Shown here in pieces: positions 26,382-34,117 of a stretch of DNA of 34,117 nt. The notes under the pieces are model-generated. The model did no database searches, was not told the DNA's origin, and saw only the letters and a list, made by a program, of their open reading frames with translations. Source of the stretch: Bacteroidota bacterium (GTDB lineage Bacteria > Bacteroidota > Ignavibacteria > UBA10030 > UBA8401); contig JAVBYA010000057.1 in NCBI GenBank assembly GCA_030824295.1, positions 1-34,117 of the forward strand, given 5' to 3'. The translations under genes were made by a program, and so were the position numbers. The first letter of the stretch is position 1. The number at the start of each line of letters is the position of its first letter.

Positions 26382-27059
26382 TTAATTGGACTTCAGTTCG
26401 CCTTTGTCCAGATGCTGGATCGTATGCGCGCTCTCTGCCGCATGAGGATCGTGCGTGACCATGATGATGGTCTTCTTGAACTCGCTGTTCAGCCGGCTGA
26501 GCAGGACGAGGATCTCCTCTGCCGATTTACGGTCCAGGTCGCCCGTCGGTTCGTCGCCGATGATGAGCGTCGGATCGGAAACGATGGCGCGCGCGATCGC
26601 CACACGCTGCTGCTGTCCGCCGGAGAGCTGTTTGGGATAATGGTCCATGCGGTCCGCCAGACCGACCACGCTGAGCACCGCTTCTACGCGCTGCTGCTTC
26701 TCCTTCTTGGAGAGGTTCGTCAGCAGCAGCGGCAGTTCCACATTCTCGAATGCTGTCAGGACCGGCATCAGATTATAGAACTGGAACACGAAGCCGATGT
26801 GATTGGAGCGCCATTTCGCCAGCGCCGATTCGTTCAGCTTCGCGATATCGGTCCCGCCCACCAAGATGGAGCCGGAGGTCGGCTGATCGATGCCGGAGAT
26901 GAGGTTCAGCAACGTGGTCTTTCCGGAACCGGAAGGTCCCATCAGCGCGAGGAACTCCCCTTCCGGGACATCGAGCGAGATGTTCTGCAGTACCGGGATC
27001 TCCATCGTGTCCCGCTTGTACACTTTGGTGACGTTCTTGACTTCTACTAATGTAGACAT
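26382..27059 (-). CDS. ABC transporter ATP-binding protein (LolD/MacB family)
   Basis: Walker [32 protein letters not shown] and VTHD. Confidence 0.96.
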   Translation of the reverse strand: MSTLVEVKNVTKVYKRDTMEIPVLQNISLDVPEGEFLALMGPSGSGKTTLLNLISGIDQPTSGSILVGGTDIAKLNESALAKWRSNHIGFVFQFYNLMPVLTAFENVELPLLLTNLSKKEKQQRVEAVLSVVGLADRMDHYPKQLSGGQQQRVAIARAIVSDPTLIIGDEPTGDLDRKSAEEILVLLSRLNSEFKKTIIMVTHDPHAAESAHTIQHLDKGELKSN

Positions 27060-27088
27060 AGGGGTATGTGGTTAGTGAGTGATTGAAG

Positions 27089-29479
27089 TTATTTCATCAA
27101 GATCATGCGTTTCGTCTGCGTCCATGCACCGGCACGCAGAGAATAGAGATAGACGCCGCTGGAGAGCCCGTACTGCGCCGCCGAGAAGCGGAGGCGGTGT
27201 GCTCCCTCCTGCAATTCCCCCTCGTTCAGCCGTGCCACTTCCTTGCCGAGCAAGTCAGTCACGGTGAGCGTGACCGCACTCCGTTGCGGAAGCGTGAAGC
27301 GGATCTCGGTGGCAGGATTGAACGGATTGGGATAATTCTGTTCCAGTGTGAATGCCGTCGGTTGGGACGATGTCGGCCCGACTGTAAGCGGAGAGCCGGC
27401 ATAGGTCCACCGCACAGCATCGAAGATCACTGCTTGCTTCAGTGTATCGCTTCCATCGCCGAGGCGGACGGATGACGCCGTACCGGCAGCGAAGGAGAAC
27501 GTACCCAGAGGCGCCCAGGCATTCTTAAATTTCTTCTGATCGATGACCACGGTATGTGCACCGTCCTGCGCGTTCACTACATAGCGTGCTTTCGTAGCAT
27601 CGCTGACCGGGATATATGCTTCCACACTGTACTCTCCCGGCTTCGGAAGGGACGGAGTCCAGACCGCATAACAGGTATCGCTCATCTTGGTGCGGGTCCA
27701 CCAGAAATGGTTGTTCATCAAACCGCCCGCTTTCCGGTCCGACCAGCGCGTCAGCGATGAAGGAGCCGCGGTGCTCATAAAGAACCCTTTTCCCAGATGC
27801 ATATCGTCCACGAGCGTATCGGCCCGTGCGATCTTCGGGTAGCGGACGCTCACCCCCCAGTAGATGCGGTTCAGATTCCTGTAGCCGTTGTTGTATCCCA
27901 CCCAGTCGTACTTCACTCCCTTGCCGTTCAGACTCGGATACGTTCCGGTGTTCTTATTGCCGTACGGATCGTTCACGATGAGCGTGCGGTTGTTCACATC
28001 GTATCCGTTCACCGCAATGATATGTCCGGCGGTCGTCAGACCGTTGCAGAGTGTGAACGGATATCCGGAATCGACATTCGCGATGACCGTGGTGAAGAAT
28101 GAAGCGCTGGAATCGAAACGCGATGCCGTCATACCGTGATTGGTGTAATAATCGACCGTGCGCGAATACGGACTGAAACTGCCGGTCCACATAAAGCCGT
28201 ATCCGCCGTACGACGGTTTGCCGTTCGGATCCTCAGCCGTGAGGGCATACGCATACTCACGGTAGGTGTAACTCTCGCAAATGTAATTACCGTACGGACT
28301 GTAATGCCCGGGTGACGAACCGGAGGGTGAACACCAGACATTCCACGTCGGCACGATGTTGAAATAGGCAATGACCATGATCGAAGAGGTCGCTCCGCAG
28401 GCGGAGTGTCCGTTGTACCAATCGGGCGTATCCCATACCTGATGGACGTACGGCATTTCAAAATAGACTGCTGCTGCGGTGGACGGAGCATCGGGTGTGA
28501 TCGTGTTGTAGGGACGGGGTGTATTCAGGAACGAACGGTCGCCGGATGCAAGCTGTTGTTCGGCGCCGGCAGTAGACCTTACATACAAGCCGCCGCGCAG
28601 ATCATCAGAATAGAGGATCGTTCCCCGTTTCACATCACACCACGGTTCGGATTCGAATCGGTCACTCGTCGCCGTAAGCTGACGCCGCTGCGTGCCGTTG
28701 CTGGAGATACTAAAGAGCTCCGCTGCGGTCAGCGTTTCCCGCTCGAAACTCCGCTGCACATAGACGACGGTCGACGCATCCATCCAGGAGGGAGAATCAC
28801 CATCGCCAAGAAGAACCGTCATCTTTGCGGTCAAGGAATAGACATACATCGCCCCGCTCAAACGGGAATAGAGGATCTTGGAACCGTCCGGAGACCATTG
28901 CGGCAGTCCGTAACTTCCTGCACCGTCCGTGATCCGTTCCTTGTTGGCCGTTGTCAGATCGAGCACCCATAGCTGATCTGCATCATCATTATAGACAACG
29001 GACTTCCCGTCCGGCGAGATGGGAGCGATATTGGCATACGTTCCGAGCTCATAGCGCCGTTCCGCTTCTTCACCGCGAATGATGAGTTGCTCACCATTGG
29101 TGAAAGCAGCCGTTCCGTCATCGGCAAAGCTGATCTGTCCGACACGGGACGACAGCGTTGTGCGTGCAACAGCAGTACGCTTCAGCAGATCATACATGAC
29201 TGCGGACTGCGCACCATTCTCATTCACTTCTTTGAAACCGGCGTAGCGGCCATCCGGCGAGACGGAATAGTACATGCCACTTCCCGGCATGCGCGAGATC
29301 GTCTCAACACCGCTTGCGGTGAGCAGGAACAATCCGTCGCTCAGCCCGTCCGCGAACAGCACACCCGCAGCGCTCGCGCGCGGCGCGCGGAACGAACGGT
29401 CCGTCTCCTCTGCTGCCGTACCGAGAACGGACAGCAGCATCAGCAGAACGAACGGATGATATGATGCGCGGCGGGACAT
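27089..29479 (-). CDS. T9SS-secreted multidomain protein: TolB-like beta-propeller, C39-like cysteine peptidase, golvesin/Xly-CBD-like domain and CTD
   Basis: SPDG repeats (PQWSPDGSKI); PYVHQ...ACGATSSIMV...GHIIAVNGYD...VNDPYG; WTPSLP..GEYSVEAY...A.Y...DAVRW; LEQNYPNPFNP...KRMILMK. Confidence 0.82.
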   Translation of the reverse strand: MSRRASYHPFVLLMLLSVLGTAAEETDRSFRAPRASAAGVLFADGLSDGLFLLTASGVETISRMPGSGMYYSVSPDGRYAGFKEVNENGAQSAVMYDLLKRTAVARTTLSSRVGQISFADDGTAAFTNGEQLIIRGEEAERRYELGTYANIAPISPDGKSVVYNDDADQLWVLDLTTANKERITDGAGSYGLPQWSPDGSKILYSRLSGAMYVYSLTAKMTVLLGDGDSPSWMDASTVVYVQRSFERETLTAAELFSISSNGTQRRQLTATSDRFESEPWCDVKRGTILYSDDLRGGLYVRSTAGAEQQLASGDRSFLNTPRPYNTITPDAPSTAAAVYFEMPYVHQVWDTPDWYNGHSACGATSSIMVIAYFNIVPTWNVWCSPSGSSPGHYSPYGNYICESYTYREYAYALTAEDPNGKPSYGGYGFMWTGSFSPYSRTVDYYTNHGMTASRFDSSASFFTTVIANVDSGYPFTLCNGLTTAGHIIAVNGYDVNNRTLIVNDPYGNKNTGTYPSLNGKGVKYDWVGYNNGYRNLNRIYWGVSVRYPKIARADTLVDDMHLGKGFFMSTAAPSSLTRWSDRKAGGLMNNHFWWTRTKMSDTCYAVWTPSLPKPGEYSVEAYIPVSDATKARYVVNAQDGAHTVVIDQKKFKNAWAPLGTFSFAAGTASSVRLGDGSDTLKQAVIFDAVRWTYAGSPLTVGPTSSQPTAFTLEQNYPNPFNPATEIRFTLPQRSAVTLTVTDLLGKEVARLNEGELQEGAHRLRFSAAQYGLSSGVYLYSLRAGAWTQTKRMILMK

Positions 29480-30712
29480 TTATTTTTCCGTCGTGTATGT
29501 TGCGCCGGTGGTCAGCGATTCGGCAGGTCGGAGCACCACTTTCTCGCCCGGCTTCACGCCGGAGCGCACTTCAATGCGGCTTCCCATCACTTCGCCCAGC
29601 GTCACGGCCGTTTCGGTGACCGTCTCCCCTTTGGCGACGAAGACCACCTTCTGTCCATTCCGCGTGGTGATGGCGGAGGCGGGAACAGAGATCAGCGGAG
29701 CAGAATCCTTCTTCTCCTGCTTCTGCTCTTCTTTGATGAAACTCACTTTGGCACGCATCTCCGGCAGCACCCGTTCGTCACGGTCCTTGAACCGCACCTT
29801 CGTTAGCACGGTCGCTTTCGCGCGGTCCGCCGTCGGCACGATCTTGTTCACGAATCCGGCATAGCGCCGTTCCGGGTATGCATCGAGCGTGATCTCGCAC
29901 GGCATCCCTTCCTTGATCTTCTCGATGTTCGCTTCGGAGACATCCGCCTCCACTTCCAGACTGGTCATATCCGCAACGGAAACAATGGCGCCGCGTGAAC
30001 CGGCTGCGGCACCGAACGGAGAGATCACCTCGCCGACGTTCGCATTCTTCGTGAGTACTACGCCGTCGAACGGTGCGCGGATGAGCGTGTACTCCAGTTG
30101 CACTTCCGTGGCGCGGACATTCGCTTCGGCGAATTTAATGGAGGCATCAGCGGACGACACCGCTGCGGACGCACGTTTATACCGCGCATTCGCACCGTCA
30201 TATTCCGCGCGGCTGATGGAGCCCTGTGCAAAAAGGGACTTCTGCCGTTCGAAGTTCGCCGCAGCATCTTCCATCTCTGCTTTCACACTTTCCAAACCTG
30301 CTTTCGCAAGGTTCAGATTCGCGCGGACCTGTCCCAGCGCCGCTTCCACGTCGCTGTTCTCCAGTCTGCCGATCACCTGCCCCTTCTTCACCCGGTCCCC
30401 TTCGATCACGCCGAGATACTCAAGCCGGCCTGTTCCTTTGGAAGCGACGGCCGCTTTCCGCTGCGCAACGATGTACCCGCTGGCGGTCAGGACGGCGCTT
30501 TCCTGCGCCTGGGTGGTGAGGGCAACGGTGCCGAGTTCAACGGTCTGCGCCGACGGCCCCGCGTTGAAGAACAAGAAGACCGATGCTGCAAGAACGGCCA
30601 GAATGGCGATTCCAATGATGAGCGGACGGCGTGAGGATGACGCATCGTCCTGTTTGGGTGCGGTGCGATCGATCTTCAGGAACGAGAGGTCTGTATTTTT
30701 ATTGTCTGACAT
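29480..30712 (-). CDS. Efflux periplasmic adaptor (MacA/HlyD-family MFP)
   Basis: N-terminal TM; V.EGDRVKKGQ; coiled-coil hairpin; IRAPFDGVV; VSEANI..IK.G. Confidence 0.94.
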   Translation of the reverse strand: MSDNKNTDLSFLKIDRTAPKQDDASSSRRPLIIGIAILAVLAASVFLFFNAGPSAQTVELGTVALTTQAQESAVLTASGYIVAQRKAAVASKGTGRLEYLGVIEGDRVKKGQVIGRLENSDVEAALGQVRANLNLAKAGLESVKAEMEDAAANFERQKSLFAQGSISRAEYDGANARYKRASAAVSSADASIKFAEANVRATEVQLEYTLIRAPFDGVVLTKNANVGEVISPFGAAAGSRGAIVSVADMTSLEVEADVSEANIEKIKEGMPCEITLDAYPERRYAGFVNKIVPTADRAKATVLTKVRFKDRDERVLPEMRAKVSFIKEEQKQEKKDSAPLISVPASAITTRNGQKVVFVAKGETVTETAVTLGEVMGSRIEVRSGVKPGEKVVLRPAESLTTGATYTTEK

Positions 30713-30915
30713 AGGTTCAATGGTTCAGTTCATAGGATGCGTGGATTCATATCCAATGAACACGGAATGGTGAGGAAATGTTCGTCAATATTGCCATTTT
30801 CAGGAGAAAAGGCAATGCCGCTTCCCCGTCTTCGATATGCTGTAAAGTAACAGGAAAGGGATGACTTTCTGAGGATTTTTCGGTGAACTGCGGCCGAACA
30901 ACGGTGAATTCGGGT

Positions 30916-31620
30916 TCAGTCTCCCCCGTCGGCTCCCCCATCGGCTCCGCCATCCGAACCTGCATCGACCGTTGTCATGGTGGTCAGCAGAAGGACGGCG
31001 GTGAGATCGTCCGAGGATCCCTGATACAGCACATCCCTCACTGTTGCCGGCAACGGATGCTCCGCTATGAAGCGGCGGAACCGCTCCTTCAGCTCGGTCC
31101 ATTCTGCCGGCGTGAAGAGATGCGTCAGGAACCGTTCACCGCCGATCACCAGACTGATGATGCAGGCGGTCCGTTCATTCCGTACCGCATCCTCAATGAT
31201 GCGCACCCGATGCCGGAGCGTGTGAAGGAGTCCCGGATTCACGATGTGATAGCGGGTCACCGGGAAGAACAGGATGGTCTTCTTCCGGATGGCGATCGTT
31301 CCTTTTGCCAAAAGGGATCCGATGATACGGTCCAGCAGTCCGCCGATCTGTGTGAGGGTCATGATCCAATGTTTCGGTTCCATCGCCTGCTTCTTCTTCA
31401 TCATGAGTTTCAGAGCATCATCCAGCACCGGCTGACCGGTCAGCCGGTGGTCGATCACCTCCAGTGTTCCATCCTCATTCTTCCGGATACGCTTCAGGGA
31501 GGAAAGCTCGACCAGGATGGCTGAGGTGATGCAATAATAAAGATCGGGATAGGAGCGGGGGAACTTGTTCGTGGACGGATCGAGGGAAAGAACGGTGATC
31601 TCTTCATACAGTGTCAGCAT
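30916..31620 (-). CDS. GPP34 / GOLPH3-VPS74 family protein
   Basis: LTLYEE..VL.LD, AILVEL...RI, PVLDDAL and L..KG.I......LFFP..RY; acidic Gly-rich tail. Confidence 0.8.
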   Translation of the reverse strand: MLTLYEEITVLSLDPSTNKFPRSYPDLYYCITSAILVELSSLKRIRKNEDGTLEVIDHRLTGQPVLDDALKLMMKKKQAMEPKHWIMTLTQIGGLLDRIIGSLLAKGTIAIRKKTILFFPVTRYHIVNPGLLHTLRHRVRIIEDAVRNERTACIISLVIGGERFLTHLFTPAEWTELKERFRRFIAEHPLPATVRDVLYQGSSDDLTAVLLLTTMTTVDAGSDGGADGGADGGD

Positions 31621-31718
31621 TTGGTCTCCATGCTATGGTTGGGAGTATCCGTGCGGCACTATGTACGGAGCGGTCGGTCGTGAGTTGTTACGGAATCATT
31701 ACTATTATAGAAAAGGAA

Positions 31719-32435
31719 CTACCGCTGCGGGAAGAAAATTCCCATCCCGTCCAGCGTCTGCAGCATGGTGCGGGCGACCAACGCATTACCGGCATCGTTG
31801 AGATGGACCCCGTCGTACGTGAGGATGTTCTTGGAGGTATCGTCCGGATTATTGGCGTGGATGTAGAGGGTGAACTCGCGGCGCAGGTCGCAGAGGGCTG
31901 TTCCGGTCCCGGCGGCGACATCCCTGGAGACAGCACTGTACTCTTCCAGCATCGCATCGTAGGTATTGGCGCCGTTCTTCAGTTCCCCGATGACCGTGGG
32001 TGTGCAGAGGACCGTCTGAGCACCGGAGGCCTGCAGTGTGGTGATGAGCGAGCGCAGTCCGGCAGCGAACGCTTCTTTCGGTGTGCCCGTGAGTCCGCGC
32101 GATGCAAAAGCATAATGCCACACATCGTTGATGCCGATGTAGATGACCACCACCGTCGGACGGTACGGCAGCACATCGCGCTCCACCCGGGCAAGCAGGT
32201 CGCCGATCTTATTCCCGCTGATGCCGGCGCCGGTCACCGCTGCACTGCGTCCTGTGCGCTCCAGAGAATCACGGATGAGTGTCACGTATCCGTTCGGCTT
32301 CACACCAAGTTCGGTGATGGAATCGCCGAAGAAGACGATGCGGTGCTGCGAGCCGAGTGCATCATCGCGCTGTGCGCATCCTCCCATGAACAGAGAAAGC
32401 ATCAGGATGTTCGTTACGAGCCGCATGGTGCGCAT
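31719..32435 (-). CDS. SGNH/GDSL hydrolase, probable lipoprotein
   Basis: Blocks GDSIT, GISGNK, IGIND and DGVHLN; lipobox-like FMGGC; start at 32435 or 32426. Confidence 0.9.
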   Translation of the reverse strand: MRTMRLVTNILMLSLFMGGCAQRDDALGSQHRIVFFGDSITELGVKPNGYVTLIRDSLERTGRSAAVTGAGISGNKIGDLLARVERDVLPYRPTVVVIYIGINDVWHYAFASRGLTGTPKEAFAAGLRSLITTLQASGAQTVLCTPTVIGELKNGANTYDAMLEEYSAVSRDVAAGTGTALCDLRREFTLYIHANNPDDTSKNILTYDGVHLNDAGNALVARTMLQTLDGMGIFFPQR

Positions 32436-32458
32436 GACGAAATGTGAAAAGAACCCCG

Positions 32459-32935
32459 TCACCAATCCATCCGGTCGCGCAGTCCCATGATCTGCATGCA
32501 GTGCTTCTCTCCGTGTCCGGAGTAGATCTTCAGCATGCCGTCCAGCGTCACCGTTCCCCGTTCCGGATGCTGCGCCGAGCGTTCCCATCCCTTCTCGTCG
32601 ATCGTGTCCAACAGCGCCGCCCACCGCTCGTGCAGTCCGCGCAGCAGATGCAGCGCTTCGAGCACCGGCAGCCGGTACTCGGGCGATGTCGCCCAGACAT
32701 CCTGATTGTACGGCTTCACGGTGAAGTTCTCCTCGGTGAGCATCCATTTGAAGCGGAGGAACGCATGCATGTGCGAATCGCAGAGATGATGCACCACCTG
32801 CCGGACGGTCCAGCCGCCGTCGCGGTACGGTGTATCGAGCTGGGCATCACTCAGTCCTTCCACCGTTGCATCCAGGACACCCGGGAGCGCTTTGATCTTT
32901 TGGATCATCATTTTTCGTTCTTCCATGGTCGGCAT
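32459..32935 (-). CDS. YfiT/DinB-family metal-dependent thiol transferase
   Basis: LDTPYRDGGWTVRQVVHHLCDSH, LH.RW and Y..HG.KH motifs. Confidence 0.88.
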   Translation of the reverse strand: MPTMEERKMMIQKIKALPGVLDATVEGLSDAQLDTPYRDGGWTVRQVVHHLCDSHMHAFLRFKWMLTEENFTVKPYNQDVWATSPEYRLPVLEALHLLRGLHERWAALLDTIDEKGWERSAQHPERGTVTLDGMLKIYSGHGEKHCMQIMGLRDRMDW

Positions 32936-33062
32936 ACAGCGGTCCTTTCTTGTTCCGAAGTGGGGGGTCCGGGTTCGAAAAAAACTTTCGTAAATGTAGA
33001 GAATGGAATCGAGAGAAGCCAATGGAAATACGCAGGATGGTAGCGGAGGAAAAGAGGGCAGG

Positions 33063-34028
33063 TCAGCCGGCGTTCAGCATATTCTGTTCATCGGAGAATG
33101 GCAGGTCGTGATGTTCCAGTGCATCGATATCGTGCCGCACACGCTGTTCATCCCCCCAGTCGCTCCAATAGATCCCCTGCAGGGAGAGGACGCTGAGGTG
33201 CTCCGGGACCCGTTCCAGCAGACCGCGGGAGATGTTGACAGGCGGAAGCGGAGCAAAGATCCGTTCGGTCGCTTCCATTTCGTGCCGTGTTCCCAGCGAC
33301 GGAATGACGGAACGCATCGCACTGTAGAGGTTCGTCATGTGCCGCTCCATCAACGAAAGGATGTGTGTGCAGGTGCCGACGAGCGTCATGGTATTCCACA
33401 GACACCCTTTATCATGCAGGTAGCGCATGAACTGGTCGTCCGGTTTTTCCCAGAACCGTTTCACGGCGCGCAATGCTCCTCCGTGCAGCGGTTCGCCCGG
33501 TTCGATCCATCCGTACCCGGACTGTACCGAGGTCGGCGGAACACCGAGCATGACGGTCCGTTCCGGTTCCGCTTCGACACGTTCGAACGCCTGCCGGACA
33601 TACGCACGGTACCGGTCCTCGCCGAGGATGAAATGGTCCGCCGGGAAGAGCGCGATCAGCGCCTGCGGATCCTCATGATGGACGTGCAGCAGCGACAGCA
33701 GAATGCCCGGTGCTGTCTCGCGGTCGTACGGCTGGATGACGATGGTACGGGGTGGACGATCATGCAGTTCACTGAATGCCCACGGCAGGTGTGCAGCATT
33801 CACGCTGACCATCACATGATCGGGATCGAACAGCGGAGCGATGCGGTCGATGGTGTGACGGAGCATGGTGCGGCGGCCGATGATGGCACAGTATTGTTTG
33901 GGACGGTAATCGCCGCAGCGCTGTTTGATGAAATGGGCCAGTCGCTTCCCTTGTCCGCCCGCCAGCACGATGCTCCAATGATGGTCGTGGTGTTCATACT
34001 GCGGGAATATCCGCGTCGGTTGATTCAT
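33063..34028 (-). CDS. Sugar-phosphate nucleotidyltransferase (mannose-1-phosphate guanylyltransferase-like, no isomerase domain)
   Basis: IVLAGG.G.RL, RPKQY, RETAPGI, PADHFI, YGWIEPG, FWEKP and WSDWG motifs; start at 34028 behind GGAGG. Confidence 0.88.
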   Translation of the reverse strand: MNQPTRIFPQYEHHDHHWSIVLAGGQGKRLAHFIKQRCGDYRPKQYCAIIGRRTMLRHTIDRIAPLFDPDHVMVSVNAAHLPWAFSELHDRPPRTIVIQPYDRETAPGILLSLLHVHHEDPQALIALFPADHFILGEDRYRAYVRQAFERVEAEPERTVMLGVPPTSVQSGYGWIEPGEPLHGGALRAVKRFWEKPDDQFMRYLHDKGCLWNTMTLVGTCTHILSLMERHMTNLYSAMRSVIPSLGTRHEMEATERIFAPLPPVNISRGLLERVPEHLSVLSLQGIYWSDWGDEQRVRHDIDALEHHDLPFSDEQNMLNAG

Positions 34029-34117
34029 CTCTGTTCCCTCCATGCACAACGTGCCGGAACGGCATCATGCGGGAAGGGTGGGTGCGGCGGTGTGATGGGA
34101 AAGGAATGCGGGCCGGA

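Noticed and set aside
32436-32747. Long N-terminal extension of the SGNH ORF
   Set aside because: It overlaps the YfiT-like gene in another frame; the signal/lipobox begins at 32435 or 32426.
1-34117. CRISPR array, tRNA/rRNA, IS, integrase or prophage
   Set aside because: No regularly spaced repeats, RNA gene signatures, or transposase, integrase or phage proteins were seen by eye.

Overview
Chromosomal window from a GC-rich Gram-negative bacterium, probably Ignavibacteria/Bacteroidota-like: three proteins carry a 'QNYPNPFNP'-type T9SS C-terminal sorting domain, and an HYC_CC_PP-like gene is present. It contains about 33 protein genes. I saw no rRNA, tRNA, CRISPR array or transposase. Main blocks: (i) at the left edge, a minus-strand cassette of a membrane-anchored stand-alone C39 peptidase, an 89-aa pre-pro-peptide (Sec signal + double-glycine leader + C-x6-C/C-x6-C core) and a truncated carboxypeptidase-regulatory-like/DUF5686 gene; (ii) a secreted dipeptidyl peptidase III; (iii) a 2-oxoacid:ferredoxin oxidoreductase alpha and beta-gamma fusion, followed by a half ferritin-like protein and a globin; (iv) a Cys-rich metal operon (HYC_CC_PP-like, HMA, TonB-dependent receptor); (v) assorted secreted and envelope proteins, including a T9SS-tagged AGE-family epimerase-like protein, dcd and an M13 peptidase; (vi) a MacAB-type efflux operon interrupted by a T9SS-secreted beta-propeller/C39-like peptidase; (vii) GPP34, SGNH, YfiT-like and nucleotidyltransferase genes. 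The best candidate for an undescribed system is block (i), a Sec-routed, periplasmically matured peptide system with a glycocin-like cysteine pattern. All family assignments are from motif recognition by eye; no database searches were run.
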